Assembly (NCBI RefSeq): GCF_000017305.1 | Contig: NC_009664.2 | Span: forward strand, 2,220,001 to 2,252,000 | Reading direction: 5' to 3' | Origin: Kineococcus radiotolerans SRS30216 = ATCC BAA-149 | GTDB lineage: Bacteria > Actinomycetota > Actinomycetes > Actinomycetales > Kineococcaceae | DNA length: 32,000 nucleotides | Shown here: positions 15,673 through 23,292 of the stretch, one piece after another | Position numbering within the stretch: the first letter of the stretch is position 1 | How the letters are laid out: each line of letters opens with the position of its first letter | The notes under the pieces: generated by a model | The model's database searches: none | Seen by the model: the letters and a program-made list of their open reading frames with translations, nothing else | What the model was told of the DNA's origin: nothing | Made by a program: the position numbers and the translations under genes

Positions 15673-16290
15673 TCAGGCGGGGACGACAGCCAGGACGGCG
15701 GACTCCCCGCCCCAGGAGGCGGTGAGGGTCTCCCCCGGGGGGACGGGGGTGCCGAGCACCCGCACGACGAGGAGGTCGCCCGCGTCGGTGGCGACGGCGG
15801 TGAGCGCCCCGGCCTCGCGCACCTCGACGGAGGTGACGGCGGGGGCGTGCGCGGCCGAGCCGCTGCCCCGGGCCGTCGCCTCCTTCGGCACCGGCTCCAG
15901 GCGCCCGTCGACGGCCACCTGCTGGTCCGCCTCGGTGCCGCCGGTGACGATGGCGCGGCGCAGGACGTCGGCGTGCACGGGGTCCCCCACGGCGTCGTAG
16001 ACCCACCGCCGCCCGAGGACCGAGTGCTCCACCGTCGTGACGAGGAACTCCTCCGCCCCCGCCAGCGGCGCGCCGCGGTAGGTCAGCGGGACCTGCAGCA
16101 CCGGGCCCGCGCCGGCCCGCACGAGCAGCGTCTCCACCCCGACCTCCCCCGCGGGGTCGTCGAAGCGGAAGCGCCCCACCTGGACGAGCTCCTCGCCCTC
16201 CGCGACCCCGCTCCACGGCCGGCGGGGCAGCCAGCGGGACAGCGCTTCGAGCTTGGTGGGGCGCAGCTGCGCCCGGTGGATGACGGCCAC
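15673..16290 (-). CDS. Conserved actinobacterial protein, maltokinase N-terminal cap-like domain family (stand-alone)
   Basis: GTG start. (M)AVIHRAQLRPTKLEALSRWLPRRPWSG...VGRFRFDDPAGEVGVETLLV matches, from memory, the family that databases annotate as maltokinase N-terminal cap-like or CG0192-related. The function is unknown. Confidence 0.55.
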   Translation of the reverse strand: MAVIHRAQLRPTKLEALSRWLPRRPWSGVAEGEELVQVGRFRFDDPAGEVGVETLLVRAGAGPVLQVPLTYRGAPLAGAEEFLVTTVEHSVLGRRWVYDAVGDPVHADVLRRAIVTGGTEADQQVAVDGRLEPVPKEATARGSGSAAHAPAVTSVEVREAGALTAVATDAGDLLVVRVLGTPVPPGETLTASWGGESAVLAVVPA

Positions 16291-16299
16291 GGCCCGAAC

Positions 16300-16731
16300 C
16301 TACTGCGGCGGCTGCCCGTAGACGCGCCCGACCGGCAGCCGCACGACGCGGCGGCGGTCGCGCACCATCGCGCGGCGGTAGTCGTCCCAGTCCGGGTGCT
16401 CCCCCGCGAGCGCCCGGTAGAGGTCGACGAGCTCCTCGACCGTCGCGTCGTCCTCCCGCCCGGCCACCGGTGACAGCGTCGCGTCGCCCTCGACGACGGC
16501 CCAGCTCCAGAAGTCCTCCGCCGTCACGTGCAGGCTCGCGCGGGGGTCGCGTTCCAGGTTCCGCGCCTTCGCCCGGTCGGCGGTGACCGAGACCCGCACG
16601 AGCCGGCGCTCGGGGTCGTAGTGGTGGGTGACGTTGGACAGCTGGGGCCGGCCGTCCCGCTTCAGCGTCGCCAGGACGCTGCGGGTGGTGGAGCCGACGA
16701 GGTCGAGCAGGGCGTCCTGGGCATCCGTCAT
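16300..16731 (-). CDS. PPOX-class (pyridoxamine 5'-phosphate oxidase-like) probable F420-dependent enzyme
   Basis: Internal ATG 16731 of track ORF 16300..17469; the upstream part of that ORF is junk. MTDAQDALLDLVGSTTRSVLATLKRDGRPQLSNVTHHYD...RVSVTADRAKARNLERDPRASLHV is typical of the split-barrel PPOX/F420 family. Its stop lies 9 nt before the start of the next gene. Confidence 0.8.
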   Translation of the reverse strand: MTDAQDALLDLVGSTTRSVLATLKRDGRPQLSNVTHHYDPERRLVRVSVTADRAKARNLERDPRASLHVTAEDFWSWAVVEGDATLSPVAGREDDATVEELVDLYRALAGEHPDWDDYRRAMVRDRRRVVRLPVGRVYGQPPQ

Positions 16732-16892
16732 GCAGGGGGAAGGTCCGGCCCGGCGGACTTCTTCCCCGATCGTGGAGGGCGTGTAACGAGAGCGGGGGCC
16801 GCTGCGTCGTGGAGGTGTCGGGTCCCGCGGGCCCGGCGGGGACCACGACGCGCGGACCCGCCGCGGCGCCCGCGCACGGAGGAGGTGGCTCG

Positions 16893-17723
16893 ATGCCCGG
16901 ATCGACGGGGACCGGCGGCGACGACCCGCTAGTCCGCGCCCTGCGGCGCCAGGACCCGGCCGACCACCCGCTGGGGACGGAGGAGCTGCTGGCCGGTGCG
17001 CGCCGGCGGGCCGGGCGCCTGCGCACCCGCCGCCGCGTCGCGCTCGCCGCGTTCGCGCTGGCCGTGGTGGCCGTGCCCACCGGCGTCGGGGTCCTCGGCG
17101 ACGGGTTCGGCCCGGACCGGACCGTGGTCGCCGACCCCGCCCCCACCGAGCGCCCGCAGGGGCAGCCGGTCGCGGCCGGGGACATGCTCGACGACGAGAC
17201 CGTGACCGCGGTGCTGCCCGGGGCGACCCGTGACCCGGGCGAGGACACCGTCGAGGGGTTCGGGGCGGACGTGAGCGCCGGGTTGTGCGTCGACGAGGCG
17301 TTCGCCGCGGCGACCTTGCTGGGTGGGCGCCGCGCGACGTGGGCCGTGCCCGGCGACGACGCGCGGCAGGTCGTCTCCCAGACCGTGCGCCGCTTCGACG
17401 GGGACGGGGCGGCGGCCTACGTGGCGGTCGCCCGGGAGCAGATCGCCGCGTGCGAGACCGGCACGGCACCGGAGGCGGAGACCGGGGGGTGGACGGCGGT
17501 CGGCCGGGGCGAGACCGGGGCGGGCATCGTCAGCGCCTTCGCCCTCGTCCAGCAGGACGTGGACGGCGGCGGGTCGCTGTGGCGGGTGCGCGCGGTGCTG
17601 GAGGAGGACGGGATCGTCGTCGACGTGAGCGCCGACCTCGTCCGCGACAGCCCCGCCGACCTGTCGTCGACGGCGGCCGGCCTGGCCGAGGCCGGTCTGG
17701 CGAAGCTGGCCGGGACGCCGTGA
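16893..17723 (+). CDS. Single-pass membrane protein, anti-sigma-factor-like topology (short cytoplasmic N-terminus, Arg-rich stop-transfer, TM, about 190-aa extracytoplasmic domain with 2 Cys)
   Basis: ATG 16893 lies in frame in track ORF 16809..17723, with GGAGGAGGTGG 4 nt upstream. The TM region is RRRAGRLRTRRRVALAAFALAVVAVPTGVGVLG. I recognise no domain; the anti-sigma role is an inference from context. Confidence 0.55.
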   Translation: MPGSTGTGGDDPLVRALRRQDPADHPLGTEELLAGARRRAGRLRTRRRVALAAFALAVVAVPTGVGVLGDGFGPDRTVVADPAPTERPQGQPVAAGDMLDDETVTAVLPGATRDPGEDTVEGFGADVSAGLCVDEAFAAATLLGGRRATWAVPGDDARQVVSQTVRRFDGDGAAAYVAVAREQIAACETGTAPEAETGGWTAVGRGETGAGIVSAFALVQQDVDGGGSLWRVRAVLEEDGIVVDVSADLVRDSPADLSSTAAGLAEAGLAKLAGTP

Positions 17724-17790
17724 CCCCCGCCGGACCCCGCACCACGTGCCGCGCCGGGGGCACGACCGCCGCTCGACGAGGGAACCCAGG

Positions 17791-18282
17791 GTGGAACTGA
17801 ACTACGAGGAGTTCGTCGCCGCCCGCGGACCGGCGCTGCAGCGCCTGGCCCGCGGGCTGCTGCGCAACCCCTCCGACGCCGAGGACGTCGTGCAGGACGT
17901 CCTGGCCAAGGCCCTGCTGAAGTGGAACCGCATCAGCGCCGCCGACGACCCCATCGCCTACGTCAACCGCATGCTGGTCAACGAGTCCACCTCCTTCTGG
18001 CGCCGCACCGCGCGCCGGGAGGACCCCCGCGCGCCGGAGGACCTCCCCGTCTCCGCCGCCGCGGACGCCACCCAGCGCTTCCTCGACCGCGACGCGCTGC
18101 TCGCCGCGGTGCGCACGCTGCCGACCAAGCAGCGCTCGGTGGTCGCCCTGCGCTACCTCGACGAGATGGACGACGAGCGCATCGCCGACATCCTCGACAT
18201 GACCACCGGTGCGGTGCGCGTCAACGCCAGCCGCGGGCTGGCGACCCTGCGCGCGGCCATGAAGCTCCCCGCCACCGTCTGA
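17791..18282 (+). CDS. ECF RNA polymerase sigma factor (SigE-family sigma-70)
   Basis: GTG 17791 lies in frame in track ORF 17746..18282. (M)ELNYEEFVAARGPALQRLARGLLRNPSDAEDVVQDVLAKALLKWNRI is region 2, and LPTKQRSVVALRYLDEMDDERIADILDMTTGAVRVNASRGLATLR is region 4. Confidence 0.85.
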   Translation: MELNYEEFVAARGPALQRLARGLLRNPSDAEDVVQDVLAKALLKWNRISAADDPIAYVNRMLVNESTSFWRRTARREDPRAPEDLPVSAAADATQRFLDRDALLAAVRTLPTKQRSVVALRYLDEMDDERIADILDMTTGAVRVNASRGLATLRAAMKLPATV

Positions 18283-18308
18283 GCCCGCCGTCCCACCCCC
18301 CGCGACGG

Positions 18309-18977
18309 TCAGGCCGGGGCGCCCGCGGGGGCCCCGGCCGCGGGTCCGCGCCGCCAGGCGTAGTCCATCTGCCGCGCCGTGGCCACGGCCAGCTCCTCGC
18401 CGGCCAGCCGGGCCACCAGGTGCAGGGCGAGGTCCAGGGCGGCGCTGATGCCCGCGCTGGTGGCGAGGTCGCCGTGGTCGACGAAGCGCACGCCCTCGAC
18501 GACCCGCAGGTGCGGCCAGCGTCCCCGAAGGTCCGCGAGGTCCTCCCAGTGGGTCGTCACCTCCCGCTCGTCGAGCAGGCCGGCGGCGGCCAGCACGAAG
18601 GCGCCGGTGCACACCGAGGCCACCACCTCGGCCCCGTCCCGGCTGCGCCGCAGCCACTCCCGCACCGCGGGGTCGGCGGCCACGGCGTCCACCACGCCCC
18701 CCGGCACGAGGACCACCTCGCAGGGCGGGGCCTGCGCGACGCCGACGTCGGCGCCCAGCCGCAGCCCGCCCCGCGCCCGCACGCCCGAGGTCGCGGCCCC
18801 CTCGCCGGCGGCGACGAGGACCACCTCGAACGGGGCGGGCCGCCCGGTGCGCGCGGCGACGCGGTTGGCCACCGAGAACACCTCGAAGGGGCCGCAGGCG
18901 TCGAGCACCTCGACCTCGTCGAAGAGGAGGAGGCCGACGCGGCGGGGGGACGGCGGGAGCGGGGCGGTGGCGGTCAC
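18309..18977 (-). CDS. DJ-1/PfpI family protein (class-I glutamine amidotransferase-like fold; GlxA N-domain-like, no HTH)
   Basis: Track ORF 18309..19133. The likely start is GTG 18977 (uncertain). RVGLLLFDEVEVLDACGPFEVF...VVLVPGG...VASVCTGAFVLAAAGLL (nucleophile elbow Cys)...HWEDLADL...SAGISAALDLALHLV. Confidence 0.78.
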   Translation of the reverse strand: MTATAPLPPSPRRVGLLLFDEVEVLDACGPFEVFSVANRVAARTGRPAPFEVVLVAAGEGAATSGVRARGGLRLGADVGVAQAPPCEVVLVPGGVVDAVAADPAVREWLRRSRDGAEVVASVCTGAFVLAAAGLLDEREVTTHWEDLADLRGRWPHLRVVEGVRFVDHGDLATSAGISAALDLALHLVARLAGEELAVATARQMDYAWRRGPAAGAPAGAPA

Positions 18978-19115
18978 CGGGGCAGCGTGGCCGCGCGGGA
19001 CGGCGGCTTCCAGCGGCGGGACGGCCACGTCCCGTCCACTTCCCGCCACCCCCCGTCGCCGCCCGCGTCGCCGCCCCTTCCCACCGGTTCGTCCCGGCCC
19101 GGGGTCGATCCCCTC

Positions 19116-19144
19116 TTTACAACGTTGCACCAACGGGGCATGCT
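19116..19144 (+). promoter_or_regulatory. Candidate promoter of the GH43 gene (-35 TTTACA 19116-19121, -10 CATGCT 19139-19144) overlapped by a CG-centred palindrome TACAACGTTGCA (19118-19129; 8-bp perfect core CAACGTTG)
   Basis: Read directly from the sequence; 17-bp spacing. The palindrome resembles LacI/GalR-family operators (AA-CG-TT core), but no LacI-family gene is in the window. Confidence 0.3.
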
Positions 19145-19216
19145 CAGCGGGCCCACAGCAACGGTCGCACGGACGCGACCTAAGACACGCTCGACGACGA
19201 GCGGGAGAAGGACCAC

Positions 19217-20356
19217 GTGAACCTGCGCGAGACCACCCCCACGCCCGCCGCGGACCACCGCACCCCGGACCACCGCACCCCGGACCACCGCACCCCGGCC
19301 CGCCGGCGCCGGACGACCGCCGCCGCGGCCCTGGCCGTCCTCGCCCTCCTCGGGCCCGCGGCCGCGGTGCAGGCCGCCGGCCCCCGCCAGGGCCCCCCGC
19401 CCACCGGCAAGCTGACCATGGTCGGGGAGGTCGGCGACTACGTGGAGGGCGTCGTCGACGACCCCGCCCACGACCCCACGCTGTTCTCCGACCGCGGCGT
19501 CTACTACGTCGCCTCGACCGGTGTGGCGAACCCCGACGACCCCGGCGGGATCTTCCTGCGCCGCTCCGACCGCTCCCTCGCGGGGCCGTGGGTGTCCCTC
19601 GGCGCGATCGACCTGCCCCGCTGGACCCTCGACTACGGCGTCGGCCACCTGTGGGCCCCGCACGTCGTCGAGCTCGGCGGCACCTTCCACCTGTACTACG
19701 CCGCCTCCTCGTTCGGGACGAACCGCTCCGCGATCGGCCTGGCCACCACCCGCACCCCGGGCGACCTGGACAGCTGGGTCGACCACGGCCCCGTCCTCAC
19801 CTCCGACACCGACGACGACTTCAACGCCATCGACCCCGACGTCTACCGGGCGGACGGGAAGTGGTGGATCGCGTTCGGCTCGTTCTGGAGCGGCATCAAG
19901 GTCCAGGAGCTGAAGGGCATGGACACCCCCGTCGGCCCGGTCCGCAGCCTGGCCAGCCACCCCGAGGTGCCGCCGAACGCCATCGAGAACCCGCAGGTCT
20001 TCCAGCACGGCGGGTACTGGTACCTCACCGCGAGCTGGGGCCTGTGCTGCCGCGGGGTGGAGAGCACCTACGAGACCGTCGTCGGCCGCTCCACCAGCCC
20101 GACGGGGCCCTTCGTGGACCGCGACGGCGTGCCCATGACCGAGGGCGGCGGCACCCCGCTGCTCAGCTCGCGCGGCAACCAGATCGGCACCGGCGCCCTC
20201 GACGTCCTGCGGGACCGGGGCCGCACCTACGCGGTGCACCACTACTACGACGCCCGCACCGGCGGCACGATCCGCATGCAGGTCCGCGAGGTCGAGTGGC
20301 GCGAGGGCTGGCCCACGTTCTCCTACGGGCCCGGGGACGGGCAGCCGCCGCGCTGA
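19217..20356 (+). CDS. Secreted glycoside hydrolase family 43 (endo-1,5-alpha-L-arabinanase-like)
   Basis: GTG 19217 with GGGAGAAGG upstream. The signal peptide is RRRRTTAAAALAVLALLGPAAAVQAAG. GH43 blocks: HDPTLF, HLWAPHVV..FHLYYAAS, NAIDPDVY...WWIAFGSFWSGI, IENPQVFQHGGYWYL. Confidence 0.85.
   Translation: MNLRETTPTPAADHRTPDHRTPDHRTPARRRRTTAAAALAVLALLGPAAAVQAAGPRQGPPPTGKLTMVGEVGDYVEGVVDDPAHDPTLFSDRGVYYVASTGVANPDDPGGIFLRRSDRSLAGPWVSLGAIDLPRWTLDYGVGHLWAPHVVELGGTFHLYYAASSFGTNRSAIGLATTRTPGDLDSWVDHGPVLTSDTDDDFNAIDPDVYRADGKWWIAFGSFWSGIKVQELKGMDTPVGPVRSLASHPEVPPNAIENPQVFQHGGYWYLTASWGLCCRGVESTYETVVGRSTSPTGPFVDRDGVPMTEGGGTPLLSSRGNQIGTGALDVLRDRGRTYAVHHYYDARTGGTIRMQVREVEWREGWPTFSYGPGDGQPPR
19251..19295 (+). 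repeat. Perfect 15-bp tandem repeat x3 (cggaccaccgcaccc) encoding (DHRTP)3 in the n-region of the GH43 signal peptide
   Basis: Units at 19251-19265, 19266-19280 and 19281-19295 are identical on direct reading. Confidence 0.9.
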
Positions 20357-20377
20357 CCCCCGGCACCCCGGGAACGA

Positions 20378-20409
20378 CGAAGGCCCCGGTCTCTCGACCG
20401 GGGCCTTCG
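20378..20409. terminator. Bidirectional intrinsic-terminator-like hairpin (perfect 14-bp stem cgaaggccccggtc / gaccggggccttcg, loop tctc)
   Basis: Lies 22 nt after the GH43 stop on the + strand and 8 nt after the tRNA-Leu 3' end on the - strand. Pairing checked base by base. Confidence 0.6.
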
Positions 20410-20416
20410 CCCTCTG

Positions 20417-20500
20417 TGCGCGAGGGGGGAGTTGAACCCCCACGCCCTTTCGGGCACACGGACCTGAACCGTGCGCGTCTGCCTATTCCGCCACTCGCGC
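20417..20500 (-). tRNA. tRNA-Leu (anticodon CAG), class II with long variable arm, no encoded CCA
   Basis: The reverse complement reads GCGCGAG TG GCGGAATAGGCAGACGCG CACGG TTCAGGT CCGTG TGCCCGAAAGGGCG TGGGGGTTCAACTCCCCC CTCGCGC A. The 7-bp acceptor stem, the anticodon loop with CAG and the GTTCAAC T-loop are all present. It is closely similar to E. coli tRNA-Leu(CAG) as I remember it. Confidence 0.95.
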
Positions 20501-20654
20501 AGACATGGAAACCGTACCAGCCCCCGGGGGGTCCTCGTGACGCGTCACCACCGTCGCCCGCAACCCGCACCTCTTCCACACGGGCGGGCAGGGGTCTCCC
20601 GGCTACCATGCCGAGGGCTGGGACAACCGTGACGATCTTGGGAGGAGGCTCGAC

Positions 20655-21359
20655 GTGGGAGTGCTGGACCGCTTCGAACGCGGCGTGGAACGCGCCGTCA
20701 ACGGCGTCTTCGCGCGGGCCTTCCGCAGCGAGGTGCAGCCCGTGGAGGTCGCGAGCGCCCTGCGCCGCGAGCTGGACGACCGGGCCGCGGTGCTCTCGCG
20801 CGGGCGCACGCTGGTGCCGAACAGCTTCATCGTCGAGCTCGGCCCCGCCGACCACGGCAAGATCGCCTCCTGGCAGGACACCCTCGCCGACGAGCTCGTC
20901 GCCGCGGTGACCCAGCACGCCGAGAAGCAGCGCTACTCCTTCGTGGGCCCGGTCCGCGTCGACTTCCACGAGGCCGACGACCTGGAGACGGGCGTCTTCC
21001 GGGTCCTGTCCTCCACGGTGAAGGGCCGGGTCGCCCCCGCGACGCCCCGGACGAACCAGGCCGGCCGGCCCCGCCTGGAGGTCGACGGGCGCGGGTACGT
21101 GCTCTCCGAGGCCGTCACGGTCATCGGGCGCGGCTCCGACGCCGACGTCGTCGTCGACGACCCGGGCGTCTCCCGCCGCCACGCCGAGATCCGCGTCAGC
21201 GGCCACGGGGCCCGCCTGAGCGACCTCAGCTCCACCAACGGCACCTTCGTCGACGGGGAGCGGGTCTCCTCCCTGGACCTCTTCGACGGCACGGCGATCA
21301 CCGTGGGCCGCACCACGCTGGTCTTCCACGCCGCGCGCCGCGACGAGGGGTGGACGTGA
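20655..21359 (+). CDS. fhaA: FhaA (DUF3662/FhaA N-domain + C-terminal FHA domain)
   Basis: GTG 20655 with GGAGGAGG at 20641-20648. (M)GVLDRFERGVERAVNGVFARAFRSEVQPVEVASALRRELD is the FhaA N-terminus. The C-terminal FHA is VIGRGSDADVVVDDPGVSRRHAEI...LSSTNGTFVDGERV. Confidence 0.9.
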   Translation: MGVLDRFERGVERAVNGVFARAFRSEVQPVEVASALRRELDDRAAVLSRGRTLVPNSFIVELGPADHGKIASWQDTLADELVAAVTQHAEKQRYSFVGPVRVDFHEADDLETGVFRVLSSTVKGRVAPATPRTNQAGRPRLEVDGRGYVLSEAVTVIGRGSDADVVVDDPGVSRRHAEIRVSGHGARLSDLSSTNGTFVDGERVSSLDLFDGTAITVGRTTLVFHAARRDEGWT

Positions 21360-21396
21360 TCCCCGGGACCAGGGCGACGACGACGGGCACGGCTCC

Positions 21397-21897
21397 GTGA
21401 GCGAACTCACCCTCACCGTCCTGCGGTTGGGTCTGCTGATCGTGCTGTGGCTGTTCGTCCTCGCCATCGTCGGCGTCCTGCGCGCGGACCTCCTCGGCAC
21501 CCGCGTGACGGCCCGGCGCACCGAGCGGGCCGCCGCACGTCCCCCGCGCCCGGCCCGCGAGGCCACCCCGCCGCCCGAGGCGGGCGCCCCGGCGCGCCCC
21601 AAGCGGGCGACGCTGGTCGTCACCGAGGGCTCGCTGCGCGGGACGACGCTCACCCTGGGCCAGGCCCCGGTCCTCATCGGCCGCGGCGCCGACTGCACGC
21701 TCGTCCTGGACGACGAGTACGCCTCGACCCGGCACGTCCGCATCACCGCCAACCCCGCCGGCGACGGCTGGGTGGTGGAGGACCTGCAGTCCACCAACGG
21801 AACGGTCCTGGGTCGCGAACGACTGACCGCTCCCGCCCCCTTCGAGCCCGGGACGCCGCTGCGCATCGGCAAGACCGTGCTCGAACTCCGGAGGTAG
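21397..21897 (+). CDS. fhaB: FhaB/FipA (N-terminal TM helix + FHA domain)
   Basis: GTG start. The TM is LTVLRLGLLIVLWLFVLAIVGVL. The FHA is LIGRGADCTLVLDDEYASTRHVRI...DLQSTNGTVLG. Confidence 0.9.
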   Translation: MSELTLTVLRLGLLIVLWLFVLAIVGVLRADLLGTRVTARRTERAAARPPRPAREATPPPEAGAPARPKRATLVVTEGSLRGTTLTLGQAPVLIGRGADCTLVLDDEYASTRHVRITANPAGDGWVVEDLQSTNGTVLGRERLTAPAPFEPGTPLRIGKTVLELRR

Positions 21898-21900
21898 TCC

Positions 21901-23292
21901 GTGGCCATCGCGCTGAACTTCGCCGCGCGCTCCGACGTCGGTCTGGGCCGCAGCTCCAACCAGGACTCCGGCTACGCCGGGCCGCACCTGCTCGTCGTGG
22001 CCGACGGGATGGGCGGGCACGCCGGGGGCGACGTGGCGAGCTCGCTGGCCGTCGGCGAGCTGTCCATCCTCGACGGGGAGTCCCACGGCAGCGACGACGC
22101 CGCGCAGCACCTGCACGACGCCCTCGAGGCCGCCAACGCCCAGCTGCGCCGCCGGGTCGGGGACGAGCCCGACCTCGCCGGGATGGGCACCACCGTCACC
22201 GCGATCCTGCGCGCGGGGTCCCGCCTCGTCCTCGCCCACATCGGGGACTCGCGCGGCTACCTGCTGCGCGAGGGGCGGCTGACGCAGCTGACGAAGGACC
22301 ACAGCTACGTGCAGAGCCTCCTCGACGAGGGCCGCATCAGCCCCGAGGAGGCCGAGCGGCACCCGCAGCGCTCGGTGATCATGCGGGTGCTCACCGGGCG
22401 CGACGACGACGAGGCCGACGTCTCGGTCCGCGAGGCGAAGCCGGGCGACCGCTACCTGCTGTGCAGCGACGGGCTGTCGGGGGTGGTGAGCCACGAGACC
22501 CTCGCCGAGACCCTCGCGGCCGGGATGGACCCCGACACCACCTGCCAGCGCCTCGTCGAGCTCGCGCTGCGCGGCGGCGGGCCGGACAACATCTCCTGCG
22601 TGGTGGCCGACGTCGTGGAGCTCGGCGGCGGCCCGCCCCCCTCGACGACGCCGCAGGTCGTGGGGGCCGCCGCGTTCCACCGCCCCCGCCGCTCCTCCGC
22701 CGCCGGGACCCCGGCCGCGCGCGCCGCGGCGCTGCGCGCGGCGCAGGACGAGTCCGGCGACGACTCGGAGGACGACGATGCGCAGCCCCGGCTGAGCGAG
22801 CGCGAACGCCGGCGGCGCCGGCGGCGCTGGATCGCCGGCCCGGTCCTGCTCCTGCTGGTGCTGGTCGCCGGCGGGTTCGGCGGCTGGCGCTGGAGCCAGC
22901 AGCAGTACTTCGTGGGCGCGGACGGCAGCAACGTCGCCGTCTACCGGGGGCTGACCCAGGACATCGGGCCGCTGGGCACCTCCCACGTCGTGGAGAGCAC
23001 CGGCATCTCGCTGAGCGACCTGCCCACCACGTGGGCGGACAAGGTGCGCGCGCGCATCGCGTCGCAGGACCTCGCCGGGGCCCGCCGCACGGTGAGCGAC
23101 CTGGAGGACATCGCGAGCGCCTGCCGGGCGGCCACGGCGCCCACCACCCCCGCCGTCCCGGTGGTGCCGGCCCCCGCGGCGGCGTCCCCGCCCGCGTCCA
23201 CCCCGGCGCCGACGTCCGAGCCGACGTCCGAGCCGACGTCCACCCCGAGCTCCACGCCCCTGACCGTCGAGGACTGCGGAGGCGTCGGCTGA
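21901..23292 (+). CDS. pstP: PP2C-family Ser/Thr phosphatase PstP (catalytic domain + TM + extracellular tail)
   Basis: GTG 21901. RSDVGLGRSSNQDS, VVADGMGGHAGGDVAS, LLCSDGLS and GGPDNISCVV are PP2C motifs. The TM is WIAGPVLLLLVLVAGGFGGW. Confidence 0.9.
   Translation: MAIALNFAARSDVGLGRSSNQDSGYAGPHLLVVADGMGGHAGGDVASSLAVGELSILDGESHGSDDAAQHLHDALEAANAQLRRRVGDEPDLAGMGTTVTAILRAGSRLVLAHIGDSRGYLLREGRLTQLTKDHSYVQSLLDEGRISPEEAERHPQRSVIMRVLTGRDDDEADVSVREAKPGDRYLLCSDGLSGVVSHETLAETLAAGMDPDTTCQRLVELALRGGGPDNISCVVADVVELGGGPPPSTTPQVVGAAAFHRPRRSSAAGTPAARAAALRAAQDESGDDSEDDDAQPRLSERERRRRRRRWIAGPVLLLLVLVAGGFGGWRWSQQQYFVGADGSNVAVYRGLTQDIGPLGTSHVVESTGISLSDLPTTWADKVRARIASQDLAGARRTVSDLEDIASACRAATAPTTPAVPVVPAPAAASPPASTPAPTSEPTSEPTSTPSSTPLTVEDCGGVG

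Noticed and set aside
18309-20500. tRNA-Leu-associated genomic island containing the GH43 and DJ-1 genes
   Set aside because: There is no integrase or recombinase and I noticed no direct repeat of the tRNA 3' end. GC content and codon style look the same as the flanks, and the tRNA-fhaA junction is ancestral synteny.
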